A stretch of 64,000 nt of DNA from Eledone cirrhosa (lineage: Eukaryota): assembly GCA_964016885.1 (NCBI GenBank), contig OZ024743.1, forward strand, positions 76,384,001 to 76,448,000, written 5' to 3'. Under the pieces are notes generated by a model. It was not told where the DNA came from and made no database searches. It saw only the letters and a program-made list of their open reading frames with translations. Made by a program: the position numbers and the translations under genes. Positions 27,961 to 43,400 of the stretch are shown here, piece after piece; positions within the stretch are counted from its first letter, which is position 1, and the number at the start of each line of letters is the position of its first letter.

Positions 27961-28014
27961 ATTTGTGAGTTACAATGCTTTTTCCTTCCTTTTCCCTTCT
28001 TATCCAGGTGCGTC

Positions 28015-28052
<38 letters not shown>

Positions 28053-28059
28053 CCCTCAT

Positions 28060-28925
28060 TGTATAACTTGTTTATAAAATATAGTTAACATAATATGTTT
28101 ATGTAAAACAGATACCAAAATATGTCCATCATTGTATAACTTTTGACTGTAAAATATAGTTGACATAATAAGTTTATATAAAATAGAGTTGACATAATAT
28201 GTTTATATAAAATATAGTTGACAATATGTTTATATAAAATACAGTTGACATATGTTTATATAAAATATAGTTGACACAAGTTGACACAATATGTTTATGT
28301 AAAATATAGTTGACATAATATGTTTATATAAAATACAGTTGACATAATATGTTTATGTAAAATATAGTTGACATAATATGTTTATATAAAATACAGTTGA
28401 CATGTTTATATAAAATACAGTTGACATAATATGTTTATGTAAAATATAGTTGACATTATATGTTTATGCAAAATATAGTTGACATAATATGTTTATGTAA
28501 AACAGATACAAAAATATTTCCATCATTGTATAACTTTTGACTGTAAAATATAGTTGACATAATATTTTTATGTAAAATATAGTTGACAATATGTTTATGT
28601 AAAATATAGTCGACAATATGTTTATGTAAAATATAGTTGACATTATATGTTTATATAAAATATAGTTGACATAATAAGTTTATGTAAAATACAGTTGACA
28701 TAATATGTTTATGTAAAATACAGTTGACATAATATGTTTATGTAAAATATAGTTGACATAATATGTTTATGTAAAATATAGTTGACATAATATGTTTATA
28801 TAAAATACAGTTGACATAATATGTTTATATAAAATACAGTTGACATAATATGTTTATATAAAATACAGTTGACATAATAATTGTATGTAAAATACAGTTG
28901 ACATAATATGTTTATATAAAACAGA
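28060..28925. repeat. 29-bp AT-rich minisatellite
   Basis: Unit aaaatatagttgacataatatgtttatgt with short-deletion variants; a longer variant unit occurs twice (~28105, ~28500). Confidence 0.93.
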
Positions 28926-29016
28926 GTAAATCAAATTTTAGAAGTTTGTTTCTTGTGTTGAAGTGACTTTTGGTTAAGGTTTTCTCTTGTTGTATCAAGG
29001 ACTGATAAAGTTCTAT

Positions 29017-29395
29017 GGATTGGCAGTATTGGTAGAGGGTGGGACACCATGCTTTGACGCATAGAGTTACGACCCTTGCCATTCTGAGTTCAAATTCCGC
29101 CGAGGTTAACTTTGCCTTTCATCCTTACGGGGTCGATAAAATAAAGTACCAGCAATGCACTGGGTAATTGCTGGTCTTGTGCCAAAAGTAGAAACAATTA
29201 TTTCCTTTCTTTGTTGTGTATTGGCAGTATCGGCAAAGGGTTGGACGCCATGCTTTGCAGCAAAGAGTTACGGCTCTTGCCATTCTGAGTTCAAATTCCG
29301 CCGAGGTTAACTTTGCCTTTCATCCTTACGGGGTCGATAAAGTAAAGTACCAGCAATGCACTGGGTAATTTCTGGCCTTGTGCCAAAAGTAGAAA
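29017..29395 (+). mobile_element. Two head-to-tail full-length SINE family 1 copies
   Basis: ~29017-29198 and ~29217-29395, each ending ttgtgccaaaagtagaaa; the second is followed by (ATA)/(TAG)n. Confidence 0.88.
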
Positions 29396-29423
29396 TGATA
29401 ATAATAATAATTATTATTATTAT

Positions 29424-29462
<39 letters not shown>

Positions 29463-29766
29463 AAGTAGTAGTAGTAGTAGTAATAGTAGTAGTAGAAGTA
29501 GAAGTAGTAGTAGTAGTTGTTGTGTTGTTATTGTTAATGTTTTTTTGATAATGTTCCTCCTCTATTATCAGCAAGTATAGTTTGATATTTATGTATCCTA
29601 TACAGACCAGCTGAGCCGTTAACAACTCTATGTAAACAGATATATTCAACTTTATGGGTCACCCTTTTTAAAACAATGTTTAGAGAACTGCGAACTGTTA
29701 GAGCAGGTGGCAAAACCTTTCTTTTGTGACTTTGTTTTCTCTCATTGTCTCTCCTCTCTCTCATTG

Positions 29767-29871
<105 letters not shown>

Positions 29872-30128
29872 TCTCTCTCTCTCTTCGTTGGTTTATCAAC
29901 AAATTATATATATTTATATTAATAAAAGGAATTCCAACTTTGTCTGATTTACTCGTTTTATTTACAATCCTTTAAAATTATAATGATATTATAACGAAAT
30001 AATATCGTAGAATATTAAATGTTAAATGTTAATTGAACAAGTACTTTCATGCTTTCGCAATCTTCAGGTTCATATTCAGTGGTGTAGTCAAGTTGGCAAT
30101 TTTCAACTTATTTATATATATATATTTA

Positions 30129-30211
<83 letters not shown>

Positions 30212-30313
30212 GGGAGAGGTAGAACACTGGGAGGTAATATCCGTAGTAGTAGAGCACTCAGTCCATGGGACGAGTTTGGTAGAAGTAGTAACACAACAGT
30301 TAGTTCACCATAC

Positions 30314-30352
30314 CGAGTACAATTGTTTCACCTTATGCGGATCTTCAGCTCG
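30314..30352 (-). ncRNA. Minimal type I hammerhead motif (element 30217-30360, same family as 23594)
   Basis: Minus strand: cgag-CTGAAGA-tcc(gcataa)ggt-GAAA-caattg-TA-ctcg. Confidence 0.8.
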
Positions 30353-30361
30353 TACTCGAGT

Positions 30362-30522
30362 TAAAAAGAATTAATAAGAATTAAAAACTAAAAATTAAAG
30401 ATTTAAAATTAAGAGATAAGTTTTTCCCCGTCTTCCTTTCTCAGCAAGGAAAATGAGAAAACACTTACCTCTTAATTTTAAATCTTTAATTTTTAGTTTT
30501 TAATTCTTATTAATTCTTTTTA
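30362..30522. repeat. AT-rich inverted repeat (~59-bp arms, ~43-bp spacer)
   Basis: taaaaagaattaataag...aagagataag vs cttacctctt...attcttttta. Confidence 0.8.
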
Positions 30523-30771
30523 GTTGTAATACTCAACATTTGATAAGATGAATTTTAATAATACATCGAAACGGATAATACTTTATATACTTTATATACA
30601 TTATATACTTTATATACTTTATATACTTTATATACTTTATAAAACTCTTTTTTTTAAAAGAATTGTCCCTCTCATTTTTTCAATAATGTCACTTTGGCGA
30701 ATCAAAGAAAGGAAAAAAAAGAAAAACAGTCCCTAAAATATATTTTCCGTGCTATTTCCAGCTTCACCTTT

Positions 30772-30836
<65 letters not shown>

Positions 30837-30843
30837 TTATGTA

Positions 30844-30882
<39 letters not shown>

Positions 30883-31026
30883 ATACTTTGGGAGGGTCAT
30901 GTTGCCAATAAGAAACACACGCACCATGCTTTCACTTCAATTTATTATAATAAATTTATAAATTTAGGAATTTATAAATTTCCGGTTGGTTGGTTGGTTC
31001 CCCAACCAGATGGTTGTTTATATATT

Positions 31027-31069
31027 GTCAAAGTTCTTTCGTCACACATTCTGTGACCTCTTCAGTGAC
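31027..31069 (-). ncRNA. Minimal hammerhead motif in the Penelope 3' pLTR
   Basis: Minus strand: gtca-CTGAAGA-g-gtcaca(gaatg)tgtgac-GAAA-gaac-TT-tgac; differs from the 12382 copy only in the loop. Confidence 0.78.
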
Positions 31070-31266
31070 TGGGGATTCTTTTCTTTGTTTTTGTGCCTCT
31101 CCTTTGTTCTGTCCTACGCCATCTTGTTTCTGTGTGTTGTGTGCTCAGTCTGCGCATGCGCCACATCCGGGTGTCTGTGTGTGTTTGTATTCGTTTATTT
31201 ATTTGTTTATTTACATGTTACAGGTTGGTTGTTTGTTCTATATGCGTGTGTGTTTTCATTTTGTCC

Positions 31267-32538
31267 TTAATTGTAAGTTGTGATGTTGCTGTTCCACTCA
31301 TGTTTTCTATTTAATTTTGGTTGTAATTCTTTTATCTTTATTGCCTCTGTGATTTGTCTAAACATTGCTTCTTTTCTGTGTGTAGATTCTATTTTTATTT
31401 CTATGTTCTCTAATTTACCCTTATGTTCTATTTTAGCATGTTGGTAGAGTACAGATGATTCTTTACTATCTTGAAGGTCTCGCCAGTGTTCATTTATCCG
31501 TTCCCCTACACTACGAGCTGTCTCACCTATGTACACTATATTTTTGTCTCTACATTGTCCTTCAGTACATCTTATGCTATATACTACATTTCTAGTTTTA
31601 CAGTTAATATGGGGGCTTAATTATATCTATACAGGGGGTCTTTGAAAAGGGTATGTCTTGCTAATAAGTGTTTTTACGGAGGTACCTGGTCTTTCTACTA
31701 TCTTAATATTGAGTTTATGTTTATCTAGGGCCCTTCTAAATTTGTAAGCTAATTCACCTCTAGGGGTTGTATCGATGAACATTACACTCTGGTATTTATT
31801 GCTATCAAACCATGAGTTTATTCTATTAGCCTTATTCCTAGTTCTTTCTATTCTATTCCAAAATTTGCTCCTATACAAGGGGCAGGTCCCATTTGTGTCA
31901 TTATTTACCATTTTTTCCCATTTGGTTCTGGCTCCTCTATACACTCTGATTCTATCTCTCTGATTGTAACCAGAGAACTGCATACGGTGGATGAAGTGTT
32001 GTATGTGTCTCTCTAGTTCTTCGGGGTTGCACATGCTGGACACGTTTCTCATCACCCGTACCAAATCCGCAATCAGTATGTTGATTTTGGTATGGTCCGA
32101 AACAGCTGAGTTTCGGTGGATCAGATATTTGGAAGTCATGGGTTTGGCATAATGGGAATGGAGAATTTGTTTTTTGTTATTAATGGTATCTAACCAGAGC
32201 TCTGTGTCTAGTACAGGTAATCGATGGTTGGGGTGTTTACTTGGGTAGTCTATAGTAACTCTAATACTCTGGTGGATGGAGTTAGCTATTTGCTGGATGC
32301 TTTCCATTGTGTTTTTCTCTAATTCCTGACTGTTCTCTAGTGGGGGTGTTTTAACTACGATATTTATATCATCAACGTAGCGGGAGTACATTATCAGGGT
32401 TAAGGAGTCTTCTAATTGTTCTTTAAGTTTAAGTTTAAGTCTACTGTCCCACCATACCATGAATAAGTTAGCTATGTCGCCTGCAATGCTAACACCAATG
32501 GCTGCTCCTTCCTCTTGGGCATATGTTTTTCCATTAAA
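31267..32538 (-). pseudogene. Penelope-like RT/GIY-YIG endonuclease ORF, truncated and frameshifted near 31625
   Basis: ORFs 31627-32460 and 31267-31536, plus manual in-frame extensions. Confidence 0.9.
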
Positions 32539-33029
32539 TTTAATGGAAAAGACCCCAAAGTAATAACATTACGTTCAGACAGCTTAGCAAATCAGATATA
32601 GCGGTCGGCAGTCCAGCCGCATCCCTAGAGAAACGAAAATACAGGACCCAGGAAAAGATGTTATACTGACCCGGACATAGCGGTGAGGCTGAGTGCAAAA
32701 TATATAACTTACATCGTATATCAACAATATACATCACATATAGCATCCAACATCAGCGCTAATTTTTCTGCAAATCTAAGATCGACAAATTCCTATTGCA
32801 CGAGTCTGCAATATAATGGTTTTTGACGACAGAACATAGGATTTATTTCTTCAGCAAGTCTTTCGTTCTTAGCCTGAGCGGGTATGTTGTAGCTTTAAAT
32901 GTCGCCACAGACACGTGGTTTACTCCAATGGTGGTAATATATATATATATGACTGACGTTGTATATTGAATCATATACGAAATCCCTTGCTATGAATTTT
33001 AGAAGAGGTGGATTTCACAAATTCTCTCA

Positions 33030-33336
33030 GCAACCATGGGGTTTACACCTAGAAAGTTCTCCTCCGAGGTACAAGTCCAGTCAATGTTGTTTGTGGAAGA
33101 CCAGTAGTCACCCATGCATACCACCCTCCCCTCTACACACCACCGTTGTTGTCCAGGGGAAGGGCAATGGCCGATACAGCTTGGCACCAGTGACGTCACC
33201 ACTCATTTCTACAGCTGAGTGAACTGGAGCAACGTGAAATAAAGTGTCTTGCACAAGGACACCCTATCGCTCGGTCTGTAAATCGAACTCACAATTTCAC
33301 GATTGTAAGTCCGACACTAACCACTAAGCCATATAC
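33030..33336 (-). mobile_element. tRNA-derived SINE family 2, near full length
   Basis: Minus strand: tggcttagtggttag (A-box), gagttcgattt (B-box), gtgtccttgtgcaagacactttatttcacg (CORE-like). Confidence 0.82.
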
Positions 33337-33367
33337 ATGTGTATGTATGTGTGTGTGTGTGTGTGTG

Positions 33368-33412
<45 letters not shown>

Positions 33413-34019
33413 GTGCGTGTGTGCGTGTGCGTGCATGTGTGTGTGTGTGTGTAGTATGATTCCCTCTGACCACACTTCATTCATTCATATATTTATATGT
33501 GTATATGCTGGGTGTAGTGGGCGGTGTTTTGTTTATGTACGTATTTGAACGAAGGTAACCGAAACAGAAAGAAAATAACAACAAAAACAAAAATATCAAC
33601 AATAATAATAACAATAATAATAACAATAATAATGATTTCAATAATAATAACAACGATAACAATACTATCCTAAAAAGCTATCATCGCAACAAAATGGAGG
33701 CGATTTCTTTGAGTTGAAATAAGGGCCTTATCGGTTATGTTATCAGATCCAGTTTCAAAGTCTCTGATGTCGAAGTGAAGTCAATCTTATGTTGTACACA
33801 AGCAGTCAGTTTAGGACAGAGCTGGTGATCAATGTTCCACTTGCTGTCGACACCAACAAGCTAGGAACTTTACTTGACAGACAGCAGCTTGCTTATACCT
33901 CAAGATAGCGAACTGTTTTAACGTGTCTGCTCGACTTGCTAGAGTGAGCAGTAGCAGTCATATATAATCATCAACTCACACCCTTGATGTCATAATAATG
34001 ATTAGACACATTCGATAAT

Positions 34020-34420
34020 GTGGTTCTAGCTGGTGATGGTGGTGGTGGCGGTGATTGTGGTGAGGATGAGGAGTAGGAGGATGGTGGTGATGGTAATGAT
34101 GATGATGATGATGATGATGATGATAATGATGATGGTGGTGGTGGTGATGGTACTGGTAATGATGATGATAATGATGATGATGCTGGTGGTGGTGGTGGTG
34201 CTGCTAGTCCTGGTGATGAGGATGATGATGATGGTGAAGAAGAAGTAGAAAAGAAAGAAATTGGTTGGAAGTTGCCTTTTTGGAACACTTTTGAACATAA
34301 ATCTGAAACGGTATCATTATTATCATAATGCACTGGGTAATTGCTGGCCTTGTGCCTAAAGTAGAAACAATTATTATCATCATCATCACCATCATCATCA
34401 TCATAATCATCATCATCATC
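34020..34420. repeat. (GAT/GGT)n and (CAT)n trinucleotide repeats with a SINE-1 tail fragment at ~34327-34370
   Basis: Direct reading; explains the poly-M/V/S/P ORFs. Confidence 0.85.
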
Positions 34421-34499
34421 AGATCAACAAGAGAAATTGTGAAAATGTTACAACTATAAACACCAATATTTGTTCAACCTCCAGAATTGGTTTAGTTTA

Positions 34500-37400
34500 A
34501 ATATTGAGACCCCTATCTACACTATATATTTTATTACATATTGAGACCTCGACCTACCCTATATATTTTATTACATATTGAGACCACGACCTACGCTATA
34601 TATTTTATTACATATTGAGACCCCTGCCTACACTATATATTTTATTACATATTGAGACCTCGATCTACCCTATATATTTTATTACATATTGAGACCAAGA
34701 CCTACCCTATATATTTTATTACATATTGAGACCACGACCTACCCTATATATTTTATTACATATTGAGACCACGACCTACCCTATATATTTTATTACTTAT
34801 TGAGACGTCGACTTACCCTATATATTTTAGTACATATTGAGACGTCGACTTACCCTATATATTTTAGTACATATTGAGACGTCGACTTACCCTATATATT
34901 TTAGTACATATTGAGACGTCGACTTACCCTATATATTTTAGTACATATTGAGATCTCAGCCTACCCTATATATTTTGTTACATATTGAGATCTCGACCTA
35001 CCCTATATATTTTGTTACATGTTGAGACTTCAACCTATCCTATATATTTTATTACATATTGAGACCCCAACCTACATTATATATTTTATAAAATATTGAG
35101 ACACCTACCTACGCTATATATTTTATTACATATTGAGACCTCAACCTACCTTATATATTTTATTACATATTGAGACCCCAACCCATTCTATATATTTTAT
35201 GAAATATTCAGATCCCTATCTACCCTACATATTTTATTACATATTGAGAACTCAACCTACCCTATATATTTTATTATATATTGAGACCCCTATCTACCCT
35301 ATATATTTTATTACATATTGAGACCTCAACCTACCCTATATATTTCGATACATATTGAGACCTCAACCTACACTATATATTTTATTACATATTGAGACCC
35401 CTACCTATCATATATATTTTATTACATATTGAGACCTCAACATACCCTATATATTTTGTTACATATTGAGACCCCAACCTGCCCTATATATTTTATTACA
35501 TATTGAGACGTCAACCTACCCTATATATTTTATTACATATTAAGACCTCAACCTATCCTATATATTTTATTACATATTGTGACCCCAACCCTTTCTATAT
35601 ATTTTATTACATATTCAGACCCCAACCTACCCTATATATTTTATTACATATTGAGACCCCAACCCATTCTATATATTTTATAAAATATTGAGACACCTAC
35701 CTACGCTATATATTTTATTACATATTGAGACCTCAACCTACCTTATATATTTTGTTACATATTGAGACCTCAACCTATCCTATATATTTTATTACATATT
35801 GAGACCCCAACCCATTCTATATATTTTATAAAATATTGAGACACCTACCTACGCTATATATTTTATTACATATTGAGACCTCAACCTACCTTATATATTT
35901 TATTACATATTGAGACCCCAACCCATTCTATATATTTTATGAAATATTCAGATCCCTATCTACCCTACATATTTTATTACATATTGAGAACTCAACCTAC
36001 CCTATATATTTTATTATATATTGAGACCCCTATCTACCCTATATATTTTATTACATATTGAGACCTCAACCTACCCTATATATTTCGATACATATTGAGA
36101 CCTCAACCTACACTATATATTTTATTACATATTGAGACCCCTACCTATCATATATATTTTATTACATATTGAGACCTCAACATACCCTATATATTTTGTT
36201 ACATATTGAGACCCCAACCTGCCCTATATATTTTATTACATATTGAGACGTCAACCTACCCTATATATTTTATTACATATTAAGACCTCAACCTATCCTA
36301 TATATTTTATTACATATTGTGACCCCAACCCTTTCTATATATTTTATTACATATTCAGACCCCAACCTACCCTATATATTTTATTACATATTGAGACCCC
36401 AACCCATTCTATATATTTTATAAAATATTGAGACACCTACCTACGCTATATATTTTATTACATATTGAGACCTCAACCTACCTTATATATTTTGTTACAT
36501 ATTGAGACCTCAACCTATCCTATATATTTTATTACATATTGAGACCCCAACCCATTCTATATATTTTATAAAATATTGAGACACCTACCTACGCTATATA
36601 TTTTATTACATATTGAGACCTCAACCTACCCTATATATTTTATTACCTACTGAGACACCAACCTACCCTATATATTTTATTACATATTGAGACCCCTGCC
36701 TACACTATATATTTTGTTACATATTGAGACGTCGACTTACCCTATAAATTTTAGTACATATTGAGACGTCGACTTACCCTATATATTTTGTTACATATTG
36801 AGATCTCGACTTACCCTATATATTTTGTTACATATTGAGACCTCAACCTATCCTATATATTTTATTACATATTGAGACCCCAACCCATTCTATATATTTT
36901 ATAAAATATTGAGACACCTACCTACGCTATATATTTTATTACATATTGAGACCTCAACCTACCTTATATATTTTATTACATATTGAGACCCCAACCCATT
37001 CTATATATTTTATAAAATATTGAGATCCCTATCAACCCTACATATTTTATTACATATTGAGAGCTCAACCTACCCTATATATTTTATTACATATTGAGAC
37101 CTCAACCTACCCTATATATTTTATTACATATTGTGACCCCAACCCTTTCTATATATTTTATTACATATTGAGACCCCAACCTACCCTATATATTTTATTA
37201 CATATTGAGACCCCAACCCATTCTATATATTTTATTACATATTGAGACCTAAACCTACCCTATATATTTTATTACCTACTGAGACACCAACCTACCCTAT
37301 ATATTTTATTACATATTGAGACCCCTGCCTACCCTATATATTTTGTTACATATTGAGACCTCAACCTACCCTATATATTTTATGACATATTCAGACCCCT

Positions 37401-40400
37401 ACCTATCCTATATATTTTATTACATATTAAGACCTCAACCTACCCTATATATTTTGTTACATATTGAGACCCCAACCTACCATATATATTTTATTACATA
37501 TTGAGACCCCAAACTACCCTATATATTTTATTACATATTGAGACCTCAACCTACCCTATATATTTTATTACATATTGAGACCGCAACCTGCCCTATATAT
37601 TTTTTTACATATTGACACCTCAACCTACCCTATATATTTTATTACATATTGAGACCCCAAACCATTCTATATATTTTATTACATATTGAGACCTCAACCT
37701 ACCCTATATATTTTATTACCTACTGAGACACCAACCTACCCTATATATTTTATTACATATTGAGACCCCTGCCTACACTATATATTTTGTTACATATTGA
37801 GACGTCGACTTACCCTATAAATTTTAGTACATATTGAGACGTCGACTTACCCTATATATTTTGTTACATATTGAGATCTCGACTTACCCTATATATTTTG
37901 TTACATATTGAGACCTCAACCTATCCTATATATTTTATTACATATTGAGACCCCAACCCATTCTATATATTTTATAAAATATTGAGATCCCTATCAACCC
38001 TACATATTTTATTACATATTGAGAGCTCAACCTACCCTATATATTTTATTACATATTGAGACCTCAACCTACCCTATATATTTTATTACATATTGTGACC
38101 CCAACCCTTTCTATATATTTTATTACATATTGAGACCCCAACCTACCCTATATATTTTATTACATATTGAGACCCCAACCCATTCTATATATTTTATTAC
38201 ATATTGAGACCTAAACCTACCCTATATATTTTATTACCTACTGAGACACCAACCTACCCTATATATTTTATTACATATTGAGACCCCTGCCTACCCTATA
38301 TATTTTGTTACATATTGAGACCTCAACCTACCCTATATATTTTATGACATATTCAGACCCCTACCTATCCTATATATTTTATTACATATTAAGACCTCAA
38401 CCTACCCTATATATTTTGTTACATATTGAGACCCCAACCTACCATATATATTTTATTACATATTGAGACCCCAAACTACCCTATATATTTTATTACATAT
38501 TGAGACCTCAACCTACCCTATATATTTTATTACATATTGAGACCGCCACCTGCCCTATATATTTTTTTACATATTGACACCTCAACCTACCCTATATATT
38601 TTATTACATATTGAGACCCCAAACCATTCTATATATTTTATTACATATTGAGACCTCAACCTACCCTATATATTTTATTACCTACTGAGACACCAACCTA
38701 CCCTATATATTTTATTACATATTGAGACCCCTGCCTACACTATATATTTTGTTACATATTGAGACGTCGACTTACCCTATAAATTTTAGTACATATTGAG
38801 ACGTCGACTTACCCTATATATTTTGTTACATATTGAGATCTCGACTTACCCTATATATTTTGTTACATATTGAGACCTCAACCTATCCTATATATTTTAT
38901 TACATATTGAGACCCCAACCCATTCTATATATTTTATAAAATATTGAGACACCTACCTACGCTATATATTTTATTACATATTGAGACCTCAACCTACCTT
39001 ATATATTTTATTACATATTGAGACCCCAACCCATTCTATATATTTTATAAAATATTGAGATCCCTATCAACCCTACATATTTTATTACATATTGAGAGCT
39101 CAACCTACCCTATATATTTTATTACATATTGAGACCTCAACCTACCCTATATATTTTATTACATATTGTGACCCCAACCCTTTCTATATATTTTATTACA
39201 TATTGAGACCCCAACCTACCCTATATATTTTATTACATATTGAGACCCCAACCCATTCTATATATTTTATTACATATTGAGACCTAAACCTACCCTATAT
39301 ATTTTATTACCTACTGAGACACCAACCTACCCTATATATTTTATTACATATTGAGACCCCTGCCTACCCTATATATTTTGTTACATATTGAGACCTCAAC
39401 CTACCCTATATATTTTATGACATATTCAGACCCCTACCTATCCTATATATTTTATTACATATTAAGACCTCAACCTACCCTATATATTTTGTTACATATT
39501 GAGACCCCAACCTACCATATATATTTTATTACATATTGAGACCCCAAACTACCCTATATATTTTATTACATATTGAGACCTCAACCTACCCTATATATTT
39601 TATTACATATTGAGACCGCAACCTGCCCTATATATTTTTTTACATATTGACACCTCAACCTACCCTATATATTTTATTACATATTGAGACCCCAAACCAT
39701 TATATATATTTTATTACATATAGAGACGCCTACCTACCCTGTATATTTTTTTACATATTGAGACCCCAACCCATTATATATATTTCATTACATATTGAGA
39801 CCTCAACCTACCCTACATATTTTATTACATATTGAGACACCAACACATTCTATATATTTTATTACATATTGAGACCCCAACCTGCCCTATATATTTTATT
39901 ACACATTGACACCTCAACCTACCATATATATTTTATTACGTATTGAGACCCCAACCCATTCTATATATGTTATTACATATTGAGACCTCAACCTACCCTA
40001 TATATTTTATTACATATTGAGATCCCAACTTGGCCTGTATGTTTTATTACATATTGACACCTCAACCTACCCTATATATTTTATTGCATACTGAGACCCC
40101 AACCCATTCTATATATTGTATTACATATTGAGACCCCTACCTACCCTATATATTTTATTACATATTGAGACCCCAACCCATTATATATATTTTATTACAA
40201 ATTGAGACCTCAACCTACGCTATATATTTTATTACATATTGTGACCTCAACCTACCCAATATATTTTATTACATGTTGAGACCTTAACATCCACTATATA
40301 TTCTATTACATATTGAAACCCCTGCCTACCCTATATATTGAATAACATATTGAGACATCAACCTAATCTATATATTTTATTAAATATGGAGACCCCAACC

Positions 40401-43400
40401 TAGGCTATATATTTCATAAAATATTTAGATCCCAACCTATTCTATATATTTTATTATATATTGAGACCCCAACCCATTATATATATTTTATTACATATTG
40501 AGACCACAACCTACGCTATATATTTTATTACATATTGAGACCTCAACCTACCCTATATATTTTAGAAAATATTGAGACCCCAACTCATTCTATATAATTT
40601 ATTACATATTGAGAGATCAACCTACACTATATATTTTATTACATATTGAGAACCCAACCTACCCTATATATTTTATTACATATTGAGACCCCTACCTATC
40701 CTATATATTTTATTACATATTGAGACCACAACATACACTATATATTTTGTTACGTATTGAGACACCAACCTACCCTATATATTTTATAACATTTGAGACC
40801 CCAACCTACCCTATATATTTTATTACATATTGAGACGTCAACCTACACGATATATTTTATTACATATTGAGACCTCAACCTACCCTATATATTTTATTAT
40901 ATATTGAGACCCCAACCTGCCCTATATATTTTATTACATATTGAGACCTCAACCTACCCTATATATTTTATTACATATTGAGACCTGAACCTACCCTATA
41001 TATTTTATTACATATTGAGACCCCAACCCATTATATATATTTTATTACATATTGAAACCTCAACCTACGCTATATATTTTATTAAATATTGAGACCTCAA
41101 CCTGCCCTATATATTTTAGAAAATATTGAGACCCCAACTCATTCTATATAATTTATTACATATTGAGAGATCAACCTACACTATATATTTTATTACATAT
41201 TGAGAACCCAAACTACCCTATATATTTTATTACATATTGAGACCCCTACCTATACTATATATTTTATTACATATTGAGACCACAACATACCCTATATATT
41301 TTGTTAAATATTGAAACCCCAACCTACCCTATATATTTTATAACATATTGAGACCGCAACGTACCCTATATATTTTATTACATATTGAGACATCAACCTA
41401 CCCTATATATTTTATTATATATTGAGACCCCAACCTGCCCTATATATTTTATTACATATTGAGACATCAAACTACACTATATATTTTATTACATATTGAG
41501 AGATCAACCTACACTATATATTTATTACATATGGAGACCCCTGCCTACCTCATATATTTTATAATATATTGAGACCCCAAAGTAGCCTATATATTTTATT
41601 ACATATTGAGACCGCTACACTTTCTATATATTTTATAACATATTGTGACGCCAACATAGCCAATATATTTTATTACATATTGAGACATCAACCTACCCTA
41701 TATATTTTATAACATATTGAGACCTCAACATACTTTATATATTTTATTACATATTGAGAACTCAATACATTCTATATATTTTATTACATATTGAGACCCC
41801 TACCTATCCTATATATTTTATTACATATTGAGACCGCAACATACCCGATATATTTTGTTACATATTGAGACCCCAACCTACCCTATATATTTTATAACAT
41901 ATTGAGACCCTAAACCTACCCTATATATTTTATTACATGTTGAGACATCCACCTACCCTATATATTTTATTACATATTGAGACCTCAACCTACCCTATAA
42001 ATTTTATTACATATTGTGACCCCAACCCATTCTATATATTTTATTACATATTGAGACCTCAACCTACACTATATATTTTATTACTTACTGAGACACCAAC
42101 CTACCCTATATATTTTATTACATTTTGCAATCTCAACATACCCTATATATTTTATTACATATTGAGACCCCAACCCATTCTATATATTTTCTTACATATT
42201 GAGACCTCAACCTACACTATATATTTTATTACTTACTGAGACACCAACCTACCCTATTTATTTTATTACATGTTGAGACCCCTGCCGACACTATATATTT
42301 TGTTACATATTGAGACCTCAACCTACCCTATATATTTTGTTACATATTCAGACCCCAACCTACCCTATATATTTTATTACATATTGAGACCTCAACCTAC
42401 CCTATATATTTTATTACATATTGAGACCCCAACCTGCCCTATATATTTTATTACATATTGAGACCCCAACCTACCCTATATATTTTATTACATATTGAGA
42501 CCTCAACCTACCCTATATATTTTATTACATATTGAGACCCCAACCTGCCCTATATATTTTATTACATATTGACACCTCAACCTGCCCTATATATTTTATT
42601 ACCTACTGAGACACCAACCTACCCTATATATTTTATTACATATTGAGACCTCAACCTACCATATATATTTTATTACATATTGAGACCCCAACCTACCCTA
42701 TATATTTTATAACATATTGAGACCCCAACCTGCCCTATATATTTTATTACATATTGAGACCCCAACCTACCCTATATATTTTATTACATATTGAGACCCC
42801 AACCTGCCCTATATATTTTATTACGTATTGACACCTCAACCTGCCCTATATATTTTATTACCTACTGAGACACCAACCTACCCTATATATTTTATTACAT
42901 ATTGAGACCTCAACCTACCATATATATTTTATTACATATTGAGACCCCAACCTACCCTATATATTTTATAACATATTGAGACCACAACATACCCTATATA
43001 TTTTGTTAAATATTGAAACCCCAACCTACCCTATATATTTTATAACATATTGAGACCGCAACGTACCCTATATATTTTATTACATATTGAGACATCAACC
43101 TACCCTATATATTTTATTATATATTGAGACCCCAACCTGCCCTATATATTTTATTACATATTGAGACATCAAACTACACTATATATTTTATTACATATTG
43201 AGAGATCAACCTACACTATATATTTATTACATATGGAGACCCCTGCCTACCTCATATATTTTATAATATATTGAGACCCCAAAGTAGCCTATATATTTTA
43301 TTACATATTGAGACCGCTACACTTTCTATATATTTTATAACATATTGTGACGCCAACATAGCCAATATATTTTATTACATATTGAGACATCAACCTACCC

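Larger units (their letters stand above)
30876..32538 (-). mobile_element. Penelope-like retroelement, 5'-truncated (RT-thumb-GIY-YIG + pLTR) ending in (TA)n
   Basis: FNGKTYAQEEGAAIG, YSRYVDDI, LPVLD, HYAKP..., then after a small deletion/frameshift CKTRNVVYSIRC...YIGETARS...R..EH...H...H...E...I...LN; ~390-bp 3' non-coding part with a hammerhead. Confidence 0.93.

Noticed and set aside
33270-33336. tRNA genes
   Set aside because: A/B-box sequences here and in the other SINE heads run into SINE bodies and do not form a full cloverleaf.
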